A DNA stretch of 64,000 nucleotides from an uncultured bacterium (GCA_965541585.1 CBEUCH010000016.1:22056-86055), one strand, 5' to 3'. Positions 30,504-39,396 are shown, counted from the stretch's first letter. Numbers and translations: made by a program. Notes: generated by a model from the letters alone, not told the origin.

Positions 30504-31397
30504 ATGAGGACCCTGGGATTTATATTGTTTGCATTCATATCTTTAGGGATGTCTGAGACCTCCGCGCAATCCAACAAAATCGTCTTCGGCCCGCTGGAGG
30601 GGGATGAGGCTGGAATCCTGACAGTGCATAACGGAGAGGCCATCGGAGTTGAACTCTGGGTACGGACAGATCCGGATAATCCCACCGGCATCTGTGGCAT
30701 GGCCCATGGCCTATCATCAGATGATCTTATAATAGGGAGTCGAAACGGAATCGATATTGAACCTGAGTATGACATGCCGAATTGGGAAGCCACCTGGGTT
30801 GATGGACCTTTTACGCATAATCCCGATGATCCTTTCCCAATTCCACAAGGATTTACGTGCGAAGTTCAAATTGGTTATAGTCTGTGGTGTTCACCGTTTA
30901 TGGATACGAACGGCGAGTGGGATCTCTATGGCACCTGGCTGATGGTTACCAATACTGGAGTACCGATAGAGCAGCTCTATTACCCATTTGCAATGGGCTG
31001 GTATCCTCATAGCGGACAGGGAACCAGTTGGTCTTTTGAAGCTCCGCCGGGCGGCTCGGTCGTTCCCGAGCAGGATTACTGCGGGCTCTATTTTGAAACC
31101 GAAACCCGTATAGACGAGAATAAAAGATTGCCCCAGGAGTTTTCATTGGCTCAAAACTATCCCAATCCCTTCAATGCCAAGACCACAATCCGATACAGCC
31201 TGCCGGAAAAGAGCGATGTCACCATAGAAATCTTCGATATCCTGGGGCGGAAGGTTGAGACGCTGGTTCAAGAAAGACTGGCTGCCGGCTATCATCAGGT
31301 GGTCTGGGACGCTGAGAATCAACCATCAGGAAATTATATGTACTGGATAAAAGCCGGAAAATATAAGGAATCGAGGAGCTGTTTGCTTCTGAAATAG
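30504..31397 (+). CDS. Array gene 10: V domain + CTD
   Basis: QNYPNPFN...SCLLLK. Confidence 0.85.
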   Translation: MRTLGFILFAFISLGMSETSAQSNKIVFGPLEGDEAGILTVHNGEAIGVELWVRTDPDNPTGICGMAHGLSSDDLIIGSRNGIDIEPEYDMPNWEATWVDGPFTHNPDDPFPIPQGFTCEVQIGYSLWCSPFMDTNGEWDLYGTWLMVTNTGVPIEQLYYPFAMGWYPHSGQGTSWSFEAPPGGSVVPEQDYCGLYFETETRIDENKRLPQEFSLAQNYPNPFNAKTTIRYSLPEKSDVTIEIFDILGRKVETLVQERLAAGYHQVVWDAENQPSGNYMYWIKAGKYKESRSCLLLK

Positions 31398-31415
31398 AAG
31401 CTCAAGGGGGAGAAT

Positions 31416-32309
31416 ATGAAGAAGCTATTACTGGCGACATTAATCGTGATTTTCAGCTTATCTATTGCCTCCGCCCAATCCAACAAGATCGTCTTCGGGC
31501 CGCTGGAGGGGGATGATGCCGGGGTTTTGACGGTGCACAATGCGGAGAGTATCGAAGTTGAACTCTGGGTGCGGACCGATCCGGATAATCCTGACTGGAT
31601 CATAGCTGTTTCCCACGGTTTGCTTTCTGAAGATGCCATTATCGCAGAGCGGAACGGCATGGATCCGGAGCCCGAATACAACATGCCTAACTGGGAAAGT
31701 TTCTTTGTCGACGGGCCTTTTGTACATGATCCAGACTATGCTTATCCCATTCCGATAGGGTGGACATGCGAGATGCAGGTCGCACTATGCGTCTGGAATC
31801 CGGGTTGTAGTTTGGATACCCAGGGCGAATGGGATCTTTATGGCACCTGGCTGATGGTTACGAATACCGAAATACCGGTTGAACAGACCTATTACCCTTT
31901 TGAAATGGGCTGGTACCCTCACAGTGGTCAGGGAACATCATGGGCTTTTGAAGTACCACCGGGCGGCATCATTGAGCCGGAGCAGTCTTACTGCGGGCTC
32001 TTTTTTGAACCCGAAACAAGTATCGACGAGAATGAAAGCCTGCCTGAAGAGTTTTTCCTTTTCCAAAACTACCCCAACCCGTTCAACACCAAGACCACAA
32101 TCCAATACAGCCTGCCGGAAGAGAGCAATGTCACAATCGAAATATACAATATCCTTGGCCGCAGGATCGAGACGCTAATATCCGGGATTCAGCCACCCGG
32201 TTCGCATTCGGTGGTATGGGATGCTGAAAATCAACCGTCAGGAGTCTATTTCTATTGGATAAAAGCCGGAAAATATAAGGAATCGAGGAGCTGTCTGCTT
32301 CTGAAATAG
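31416..32309 (+). CDS. Array gene 11: V domain + CTD
   Basis: QNYPNPFN...SCLLLK. Confidence 0.85.
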   Translation: MKKLLLATLIVIFSLSIASAQSNKIVFGPLEGDDAGVLTVHNAESIEVELWVRTDPDNPDWIIAVSHGLLSEDAIIAERNGMDPEPEYNMPNWESFFVDGPFVHDPDYAYPIPIGWTCEMQVALCVWNPGCSLDTQGEWDLYGTWLMVTNTEIPVEQTYYPFEMGWYPHSGQGTSWAFEVPPGGIIEPEQSYCGLFFEPETSIDENESLPEEFFLFQNYPNPFNTKTTIQYSLPEESNVTIEIYNILGRRIETLISGIQPPGSHSVVWDAENQPSGVYFYWIKAGKYKESRSCLLLK

Positions 32310-32327
32310 AAGGTCAATGGGGAAAAT

Positions 32328-33221
32328 ATGAAGAAGTTAGCAGCGGCGACATTAATCGTGATTTTCAGCTTATCTATAGCCTCCGCCCAATCCAACAAGA
32401 TCGTCTTCGGCCCGCTGGAGGGAGATGATGCCGGGGTTTTGACGGTGCATAATGGTGAGGCTATTGAGATTGAGATGTGGGTACGGACAGATCCGGATAA
32501 TCCTGCCCCTATTATTGGCATATCGCATTGTCTGATGTCTGCGGATACTATTATCGCCAGCCGTAACGGTGCCACATTTGATCCAGACTACAGCTATCCG
32601 TGTTGGAATACCTTCGTCAGCCCCCCATTCGGACACCCGGATTATCCGGACCTTCCCGAAGGACATACGATACAAGCTGCAGGCGCTATGCATACGGTAT
32701 TCGATCCTCCCTGCGATTCAATAGATACGAACGGCGAATGGGATTATTACGGGGCTTTTTTGATGACATGCAACACCGGCCTGCCAACAGATGAAACCTA
32801 TTATCCGTTTTCTATGGGTTGGTATCCTCACAGCGGCGAGGGAACAAAATGGGCATTCGCGGGAGGTGGCGGCATCGAGCCGGAACAGTCTTACTGTGGG
32901 CTGTATTTTGAGCCATATCCTTGTTTGTACATTCCCGGCGACTGCGACCATAACAGCTTTCCAATAGAACTCACTGACGTCCTGGCCATGATAGGCTTTT
33001 ACAGGGGGAATATAGAGCCAGATTATCTATGCGGCTGCGGAGAAGACCCCATAATACACGATTTCGCTGCCACCGCCGATCCCAACGGCAACTGCGCCCC
33101 CAACGAGCTTCTGGACGTGGTTACCGAGATAGCCGCCTACCGTGGAACCATGACAGCCTCCGGTTGCCCCGACTGCCCCGGCTCCGAGGGTCTGGTAAAG
33201 CGAGAAGATGAAGGTCAATAA
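32328..33221 (+). CDS. Array gene 12: V domain + dockerin-like tail
   Basis: V closely resembles genes 8 and 15 but carries the dockerin-like tail. Confidence 0.85.
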   Translation: MKKLAAATLIVIFSLSIASAQSNKIVFGPLEGDDAGVLTVHNGEAIEIEMWVRTDPDNPAPIIGISHCLMSADTIIASRNGATFDPDYSYPCWNTFVSPPFGHPDYPDLPEGHTIQAAGAMHTVFDPPCDSIDTNGEWDYYGAFLMTCNTGLPTDETYYPFSMGWYPHSGEGTKWAFAGGGGIEPEQSYCGLYFEPYPCLYIPGDCDHNSFPIELTDVLAMIGFYRGNIEPDYLCGCGEDPIIHDFAATADPNGNCAPNELLDVVTEIAAYRGTMTASGCPDCPGSEGLVKREDEGQ

Positions 33222-33230
33222 GGGGCGAAT

Positions 33231-34130
33231 ATGAAAACGCTGCTCTCAATATTCTTGGTGATATCGATCATGCCGTCAGCGGCCGTTTCGCAGGACCTGA
33301 ACAAGATCGTCATCGGCCCGCTGGTGGGAGATGATGCTGGCATTTTGACTGTGCATAACGGCGAAGATATTGAGATTGAGGTATGGGTGCGGACCGACCC
33401 GGGTAACCCGGTTTATATAGTCTTTGTTGCTCATGGTCTGTTGTCTGAAAACGCAATCATAGCGGAGCGAAATGGAATGGACCCTGAGCCTGTATATGAC
33501 ATGCCACCTTGGGAGTCATTCTGGGTCGATGGACCTTTTGTCCATAATCCGGAAGACAACTTTCCAATCCCCTCAGGGTGGACCTGCGAAATGCAGGCTG
33601 CATGGCTCGGCTGGACCGATCCACCACCACCTCTCGATACACAGGGAGAATGGGACCTCTACGGCACCTGGCTTATGGTTACGAATACCGAGATACCGAT
33701 AAACCAGACCTATTACCCACTTGCAATGGGCTGGTATCCGCACAGCGAGCAGGGGACCTTCTGGGGTTTTCCAGTGCCTCCCGGTGGCTCGGTGGAACCC
33801 GAGCAGTCTTACTGCGGGCTCTATTTTGAACCCGAAACAAATATCGACCAGAATGAAAGATTGCCGCAGGAGTTTTCTCTGGCTCAAAACTACCCCAATC
33901 CCTTCAATGCCAAGACCACAATCAAATATGGCCTGCCGGAAGCGAGGGAGGTTACAATCGAAATCTACAATACCCTGGGACGGAGGGTTGAGACGCTGGT
34001 TCAAGAAAAACAGGCTGCCGGCTATCATCAGGTGGTCTGGGATGCTGAGAATCAGCCGTCAGGAGTCTATTTCTATTGGATAAAAGCCGGAGAATATAAG
34101 GAATCGAGGAGCTGTTTGCTTCTGAAATAG
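33231..34130 (+). CDS. Array gene 13: V domain + CTD
   Basis: QNYPNPFN...SCLLLK. Confidence 0.85.
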   Translation: MKTLLSIFLVISIMPSAAVSQDLNKIVIGPLVGDDAGILTVHNGEDIEIEVWVRTDPGNPVYIVFVAHGLLSENAIIAERNGMDPEPVYDMPPWESFWVDGPFVHNPEDNFPIPSGWTCEMQAAWLGWTDPPPPLDTQGEWDLYGTWLMVTNTEIPINQTYYPLAMGWYPHSEQGTFWGFPVPPGGSVEPEQSYCGLYFEPETNIDQNERLPQEFSLAQNYPNPFNAKTTIKYGLPEAREVTIEIYNTLGRRVETLVQEKQAAGYHQVVWDAENQPSGVYFYWIKAGEYKESRSCLLLK

Positions 34131-34148
34131 AAGGTCAAGGGGGAAAAT

Positions 34149-35048
34149 ATGAAGAAGTTATCAGCGGCGACATTAATAGTGCTTTTCGGCTTAGCTATAG
34201 CCTCCGCCCAATCCAACAAAATCGTCTTCGGCCCGCTGGAGGGAGATGAGGCTGGGGTCTTGACGGTGCATAATGGTGAGGCTATTGAGATTGAGGTATG
34301 GGTCAGGACGGATCCATTGAATCCCGCTCCCGTCGTGGGATTTGCCACCGGATTATTGTCAAATGATAGCTTCATAGCCGAAAGAAACTGTGCCATTTTT
34401 AATCCCGAATACCATTGGGAAAGTATGGGCTGCGACGGCCCGTTTCGACACGATCCGGATGATCCTTTCCCTATCCCGGAAGGTCATACATCGGAATTCA
34501 TATGGGCCATCTGTCCGCTTTTTCCCCCTCCCTACTGTGATACTCTTGATACCGGTGGCGAATGGGATTATTTAGCCTCCTTCCTGATGGTCTGCAATAC
34601 CGGCGTGCCAACAGATGAAACCTATTATCCGTTTTCTATTGGCTGGTATCCTCACAGCGGCGAGGGAACAAAATGGGCATTCGCGGGTGGTGGTGGCATC
34701 ACCCCGGAGCAAGACTATTGCGGATTGTATTTTGATGAAATTATCGTTTGCGATTACATCCCCGGAGATTGCGATCATAACGGCTTTCCAATAGAACTCA
34801 CCGATGTTCTGGCCATGATAGGATTTTACAGGGGGAATATAGAGCCAGATTATCTATGCGAATGCGGCGAAGATCCTACAGTCTACAACTTCGCCGCCAC
34901 CGCCGACCCCAACGGGAACTGCGCCCCCAACGAGCTTCTGGACGTGGTTACGGAGATAGCCGCCTACCGGGGAACCATGACAGCCTCCGGTTGCCCCGAC
35001 TGTCCCGGCTCGGAGGGGCTGGTGATTCGAGAAAATGAAGATCAATAA
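34149..35048 (+). CDS. Array gene 14: V domain + dockerin-like tail
   Basis: Same tail as genes 1-5. Confidence 0.85.
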   Translation: MKKLSAATLIVLFGLAIASAQSNKIVFGPLEGDEAGVLTVHNGEAIEIEVWVRTDPLNPAPVVGFATGLLSNDSFIAERNCAIFNPEYHWESMGCDGPFRHDPDDPFPIPEGHTSEFIWAICPLFPPPYCDTLDTGGEWDYLASFLMVCNTGVPTDETYYPFSIGWYPHSGEGTKWAFAGGGGITPEQDYCGLYFDEIIVCDYIPGDCDHNGFPIELTDVLAMIGFYRGNIEPDYLCECGEDPTVYNFAATADPNGNCAPNELLDVVTEIAAYRGTMTASGCPDCPGSEGLVIRENEDQ

Positions 35049-35057
35049 GGGAGAAAT

Positions 35058-35951
35058 ATGAAAACGCTGCTATCAATATTATTGGCGATATCGATCATGC
35101 CGTCAGTGACAGTTTCGCAGAACCTGAATAAGATCGTTTTCGGGCCGCTGGAGGGGGATGATGCCGGGGTTTTGACCGTGCACAACGGCCAGGCTATTGA
35201 GATTGAGATGTGGATTAGAACGGATCCGAATAATCCTGCGCCTATTATCGGCGTATCGCATTGCCTGATGTCTGCGGATACCATTATCGCCAGCCGCAGT
35301 GGTGCCACATTTGATCCCGACTATAGCTATCCCTGTTGGGATACCTTCGTTAGCCCCCCATACGGACACCCGGATGATCCGAACATTCCCGAAGGATATA
35401 CGATACAAGCTGCAGGCGCTATCTATACGGTATTCGATCCTCCCTGCCACCCAATGGATACGAACGGCGAATGGGACTATTACGGGGCTTTTTTGACGAC
35501 ATGTAATACCGGCGTGCCAATAGATGAAACCTATTATCCATTTTCCAGTGGCTGGTATCCCCACAGCGGGCAGGGAACCAGTTGGTCTTTTGAAGCTCCT
35601 CCGGGCGGAAGCGTTGATCCAGAACAGGATTACTGCGGGCTCTATTTTGAGCCGGAGATCACTATCGATCCTATTCCTGAGATTCCCTCTGAGTTTTCAT
35701 TGGCTCAAAACTACCCCAATCCGTTCAACACCAGGACCACAATCCAATATAGCCTGCCGGAGGAGAGCGGGGTCACAATCGAAATCTACAATATCCTGGG
35801 GCGGAAGGTTGAGACGCTGATTCGAGAAAAACAGACAGCCGGCTATCATCAGGTGGTCTGGGATGCTGAAAATCAACCGTCAGGAAACTATTTGTACAGA
35901 ATTAAGGTTGCGGAGTATGTGGAAACGAGGAGTTGCCTGCTTTTGAAATAA
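35058..35951 (+). CDS. Array gene 15: V domain + CTD
   Basis: QNYPNPFN...SCLLLK. Confidence 0.85.
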   Translation: MKTLLSILLAISIMPSVTVSQNLNKIVFGPLEGDDAGVLTVHNGQAIEIEMWIRTDPNNPAPIIGVSHCLMSADTIIASRSGATFDPDYSYPCWDTFVSPPYGHPDDPNIPEGYTIQAAGAIYTVFDPPCHPMDTNGEWDYYGAFLTTCNTGVPIDETYYPFSSGWYPHSGQGTSWSFEAPPGGSVDPEQDYCGLYFEPEITIDPIPEIPSEFSLAQNYPNPFNTRTTIQYSLPEESGVTIEIYNILGRKVETLIREKQTAGYHQVVWDAENQPSGNYLYRIKVAEYVETRSCLLLK

Positions 35952-36175
35952 AGCCGGGACTATGCAAACGGCTTTCCAGAATATGCAGGCAAATCGCAAT
36001 GAACGGATTTTTCGAAAAGAGGACTTGTAAATCTGGTGTCTTAATCGGTGATTCTCAGGATCTGGCGTCAGCCTTTTCCTGGTATGTGAAAATCAACCGA
36101 TTAATGGATAAGGAGCCACCCATTTGCCTGCTCAAAAAAAAGGCAAATAAGCTCCACAATTTTTGCAAAAAAGTC

Positions 36176-36203
36176 TTGACATGGTTGGAAAATGCAATAT
36201 ATT
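36176..36203 (+). promoter_or_regulatory. Strong sigma70-type promoter for array gene 16
   Basis: TTGACA-16 nt-TATATT, with an A/T-rich upstream palindrome TTTTTGCAAAAA. Confidence 0.7.
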
Positions 36204-36340
36204 GTTGACATCAAGGATGAGTCGGTTTTGGCCTCTCTGTTATGGTCATTTGCTGTTGAGGTAAGATCGGGCGATTTAAGGGGTTGGCAAGCAAGAGTGT
36301 TAATAAATAAACAGTTTTACCTGATCAAAAGGAGTAAAAC

Positions 36341-37240
36341 ATGAGGAAATTGTTGTTGTTGGGTTTGGCCATTGTTTTCGCATTCAGCTTGGCATCGGCC
36401 GAATCAAACAGGCTGGTCTATGGACCATTGGTTGGCGACGACGCGGGTGATATCTTAGTCGAGTTTGCCGGCGATCCCGTTGAGGTCGAAATGTGGGTCC
36501 GCACCGATCCGGAAAATCCGGCCGCATTCGTGGGAGTGAACCATTCACTGATGACCGAGGATGCAGTTGTTGCCACGCGCAATGGCGTAACTATCGATCC
36601 CGCTTACGCGCCGCCGATGTGGGAGACAATCTGGCTCGACGGCCCATACATCCACGATGATGCTGATGATTTTCCTATACCGGTGGGCCACACCAGCGAG
36701 TCGGCGGTTGCCTTATACTTTGTATTCGGCGAACCTGAAGGTGATCCTCTGGATACGCAGGGAGATTGGGATTTATACGGATCCTATAGCGTGGTCACCA
36801 ATGAAGAGGCTCTTGAAGGCGAATACCATCCGTTCTCGACGGGCTGGTATCCCCACAGCGGGCAGGGCACCAGTTGGTCATATGAAACGCCTCCGGGCGG
36901 AAGCGCTGATCCCGAACAGGATTACGCTACATTGAATATCGGCCTGCTGGCCGCTGACGATGACGACATCCTGCCCATTGAATTCTCTCTGGCCCAGAAC
37001 TACCCCAATCCATTCAACGCCTCCACCACCATCGAATTCAGCCTGCCGCAGGCCAGCGAAGTTACGATCCATATTTATGATATCCTGGGTCGTAGCATCG
37101 AAACGCTGAATACAGGCACGCAGACTGCCGGTAATCATTCCGTTGTCTGGCATGCCGATAACCAGCCATCGGGCGTCTATTTCTACAGAATCCAGGCCGG
37201 GAATTTCAGCGATCAGAAGAGCTGCCTTCTTCTGAAATAA
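36341..37240 (+). CDS. Array gene 16: stand-alone divergent V domain + CTD
   Basis: NRLVYGPLVGDDAG...GWYPHSGQGTSW; has its own promoter, AGGAG RBS and terminator. Confidence 0.85.
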   Translation: MRKLLLLGLAIVFAFSLASAESNRLVYGPLVGDDAGDILVEFAGDPVEVEMWVRTDPENPAAFVGVNHSLMTEDAVVATRNGVTIDPAYAPPMWETIWLDGPYIHDDADDFPIPVGHTSESAVALYFVFGEPEGDPLDTQGDWDLYGSYSVVTNEEALEGEYHPFSTGWYPHSGQGTSWSYETPPGGSADPEQDYATLNIGLLAADDDDILPIEFSLAQNYPNPFNASTTIEFSLPQASEVTIHIYDILGRSIETLNTGTQTAGNHSVVWHADNQPSGVYFYRIQAGNFSDQKSCLLLK

Positions 37241-37265
37241 CAGAAAGTCAATACGGCTCGAATAT

Positions 37266-37295
37266 GGGCGGTCCTTTTGGGCCGCCTTTTTATTT
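37266..37295 (+). terminator. Rho-independent terminator
   Basis: GGGCGGTCC-TTTT-GGGCCGCCT followed by a T tract. Confidence 0.85.
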
Positions 37296-37503
37296 GTGCA
37301 ATGGCATCATCTATATCCAGCCGCAAAAGAAAATACAAGCATCGACCATTACTATCTTTAATGTTTAAAATCCTGCCTTCTGCGATGACAGCATCATTTT
37401 CCAGTAAATAGAAACTTTTCCATATAGACAGCAGTATCCTAAATGTGGTTCAATTAAGCACGATTGGCTTGGTTGTATTCCTGCAATTCGTAAGGAGATT
37501 CAG

Positions 37504-39396
37504 ATGAAAAAATTCGGGCTTTCGGTTACGATGACCTTGATCTTAACGGGGCTTTTGCTTATCGGCAAGGCAGCTTCCTCCTACGGGGAGGTTAAGAAAA
37601 TCCCCCAGAGATCGGAGATCGACGATAGATACAAATGGAAACTGGAGCACATATATCCCGATACTCTGGCCTGGCTGGCCGATTATGAGTGGCTTAAATC
37701 CCGGATGGGCGAGCTTGAGAGCTTCAAGGGGAAACTAGGTGAATCGGCAGATATTCTTTACAGCTGTCTGCAAATCCAGGATAGCCTGAATATCGTACTG
37801 GGCAAGCTTTACGTCTATGCCTACATGAAACAGGATGAGGATACCCGTATCCCGGAATACCAGCAGATCGGCGGCAAGGTTGCTTCCATCAATTCCCAGT
37901 TCGGAGCCATGGAATCGTTTATCAATCCCGAAATACTGGAGATACCGGATGATAAGCTGAAGGGTTTTCTGGAGTCCCACGATGGTCTAAAGACATATAA
38001 ATTCTATCTTGAAAATCTGATTCGTTCCAAAGAGCATATCCTTTCACCGGAGGAGGAGAATATCCTGGCTCTGGCCGGAAATGCCACCGGCGGCACGAAG
38101 GATATCTTTCGAATGTTGTACTATGCCGATGTTAAATTCCCCACGGTTACAGATGAGAACGGTGATGAGATTGAATTAACGCGGGAACGATACCGTGAAA
38201 TCCTGGAATCGCCGGATCGTGAAGTAAGAAAAAACGCCAGTAAGGCCTATAACGAGGCGTATCAAAAATATTTCAACACGCTGGGCGCCGCACTGGCGAC
38301 GACCGCTAAGAATAACTGGTTTTACGCGCAGGCCAGGAATTACAACAGCTGTCTCGAACATTCCCTCGATGATGATAACATACCGACATCGGTGGTTACC
38401 GGCTTGGTAGAGGCCGTCAACGCCAACCTCGAGCCACTCCATAAGTGGATGTCGATTCGCAAGAGGGTGCTGGGTATCGATGAACTACACGGCTATGACA
38501 GGTCGGTTCCACTTGTTCCCGAGGCCAAGGAGATGATTCCCTACGACCAGGCCAACGAGATTCTGATAGAGGGCCTCAAGCCCATGGGCATATCTTATAT
38601 GTCCGATCTAAAAAAGGGACTCAAGGCCGGTTGGATAGACGTCTACGAGACCGAAGGCAAAAGAAGCGGCGGCTATCATTGGGGATCTTATGCCACTCAA
38701 CCATATATTCTGATGAATTACAATGACAATATCGATGGTTTGTTTACGCTGGCTCACGAGATGGGCCATGCCATGCACAGCTTTTACTCAAAAGGAAATC
38801 AGCCCTACAGAGATTCACACTATGCAACATTCGTGGCCGAAGTGGCTTCGACAACCAACCAGACGATCCTGATCAAAGATCTGATCAAAAACACCAAAGA
38901 CAAAAAGAAGAAAATGTATCTTCTGAATCACTTCGTCGAGGAGATTATCGGAGTATTTTACGTGCAGACGATGTTTACGGAGTTCGAGCTGGCCGTGCAT
39001 GAGACCATCGAGAAAGGCGAGGCTCTTTCCGCCGAGGGTTTGAAACAGATGTATAGCGATCTATCCCGGAAATACTGGGGCCCCGAATACGTTATCGATG
39101 AATGGGGCGGCTGGGGAGGCATACGGATACCACATTATTTTACTCATAGGCCATACTATGTTTTCCAGTACGCCACCAGCTTTGCCGCAGCGCTGGCAGT
39201 TTCTCAGAAGATCCTCGATGGTGACTCCGACGCAAGAGAGCGTTATATCGAGTTTTTGGCCTGGGGCGGCAACGATTATCCGGTGGCTCAACTTCAAAAG
39301 ATCGGAATCGATATGACCACGCCGGAGCCCGTCAATGATGCTATCGCACTGTTCTCGGAGCTGGTGGATGAGATGGAAAAGCTCCTCAATGAATGA
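37504..39396 (+). CDS. pepF: Oligoendopeptidase F (M3B) with N-terminal signal peptide
   Basis: RSEIDDRYKWKLEHIY, GWIDVYETEGKRSGGY, TLAHEMGHAMHS, FVAEVAST, RIPH, YYVFQYAT. Confidence 0.92.
   Translation: MKKFGLSVTMTLILTGLLLIGKAASSYGEVKKIPQRSEIDDRYKWKLEHIYPDTLAWLADYEWLKSRMGELESFKGKLGESADILYSCLQIQDSLNIVLGKLYVYAYMKQDEDTRIPEYQQIGGKVASINSQFGAMESFINPEILEIPDDKLKGFLESHDGLKTYKFYLENLIRSKEHILSPEEENILALAGNATGGTKDIFRMLYYADVKFPTVTDENGDEIELTRERYREILESPDREVRKNASKAYNEAYQKYFNTLGAALATTAKNNWFYAQARNYNSCLEHSLDDDNIPTSVVTGLVEAVNANLEPLHKWMSIRKRVLGIDELHGYDRSVPLVPEAKEMIPYDQANEILIEGLKPMGISYMSDLKKGLKAGWIDVYETEGKRSGGYHWGSYATQPYILMNYNDNIDGLFTLAHEMGHAMHSFYSKGNQPYRDSHYATFVAEVASTTNQTILIKDLIKNTKDKKKKMYLLNHFVEEIIGVFYVQTMFTEFELAVHETIEKGEALSAEGLKQMYSDLSRKYWGPEYVIDEWGGWGGIRIPHYFTHRPYYVFQYATSFAAALAVSQKILDGDSDARERYIEFLAWGGNDYPVAQLQKIGIDMTTPEPVNDAIALFSELVDEMEKLLNE

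Larger units (their letters stand above)
20334..37240 (+). repeat. Tandem array of 16 paralogous secreted genes (17 copies of a shared variable 'V' domain)
   Basis: Each copy has the framework NKIVFGPL.GD.AGVLTVHN...WVRTDP...DT.GEWD.YG...GWYPHSG...PEQ.YCGLYF; approximately 0.9-kb periodicity. Confidence 0.95.

Noticed and set aside
20316..34148. Conserved 18-bp spacers as integron attC sites or CRISPR repeats
   Set aside because: They are too short, non-palindromic and purine-rich (they contain the RBS); no integrase or cas genes are present, and the intervening units are homologous genes.
20258..35564. Recurrent minus-strand ORFs (...PASSPSSGPKTILLDWAEA...)
   Set aside because: Antisense translations of the repeated array framework, with no independent RBS or coding signal.
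36210..36340. Riboswitch or sRNA in the leader of array gene 16
   Set aside because: No convincing stems or known motif seen by eye; an Rfam/Infernal scan would be needed.
20334..37240. Diversity-generating retroelement as the source of variation
   Set aside because: No reverse transcriptase or template repeat is in the window, and differences include indels and all base types rather than adenine-specific changes.
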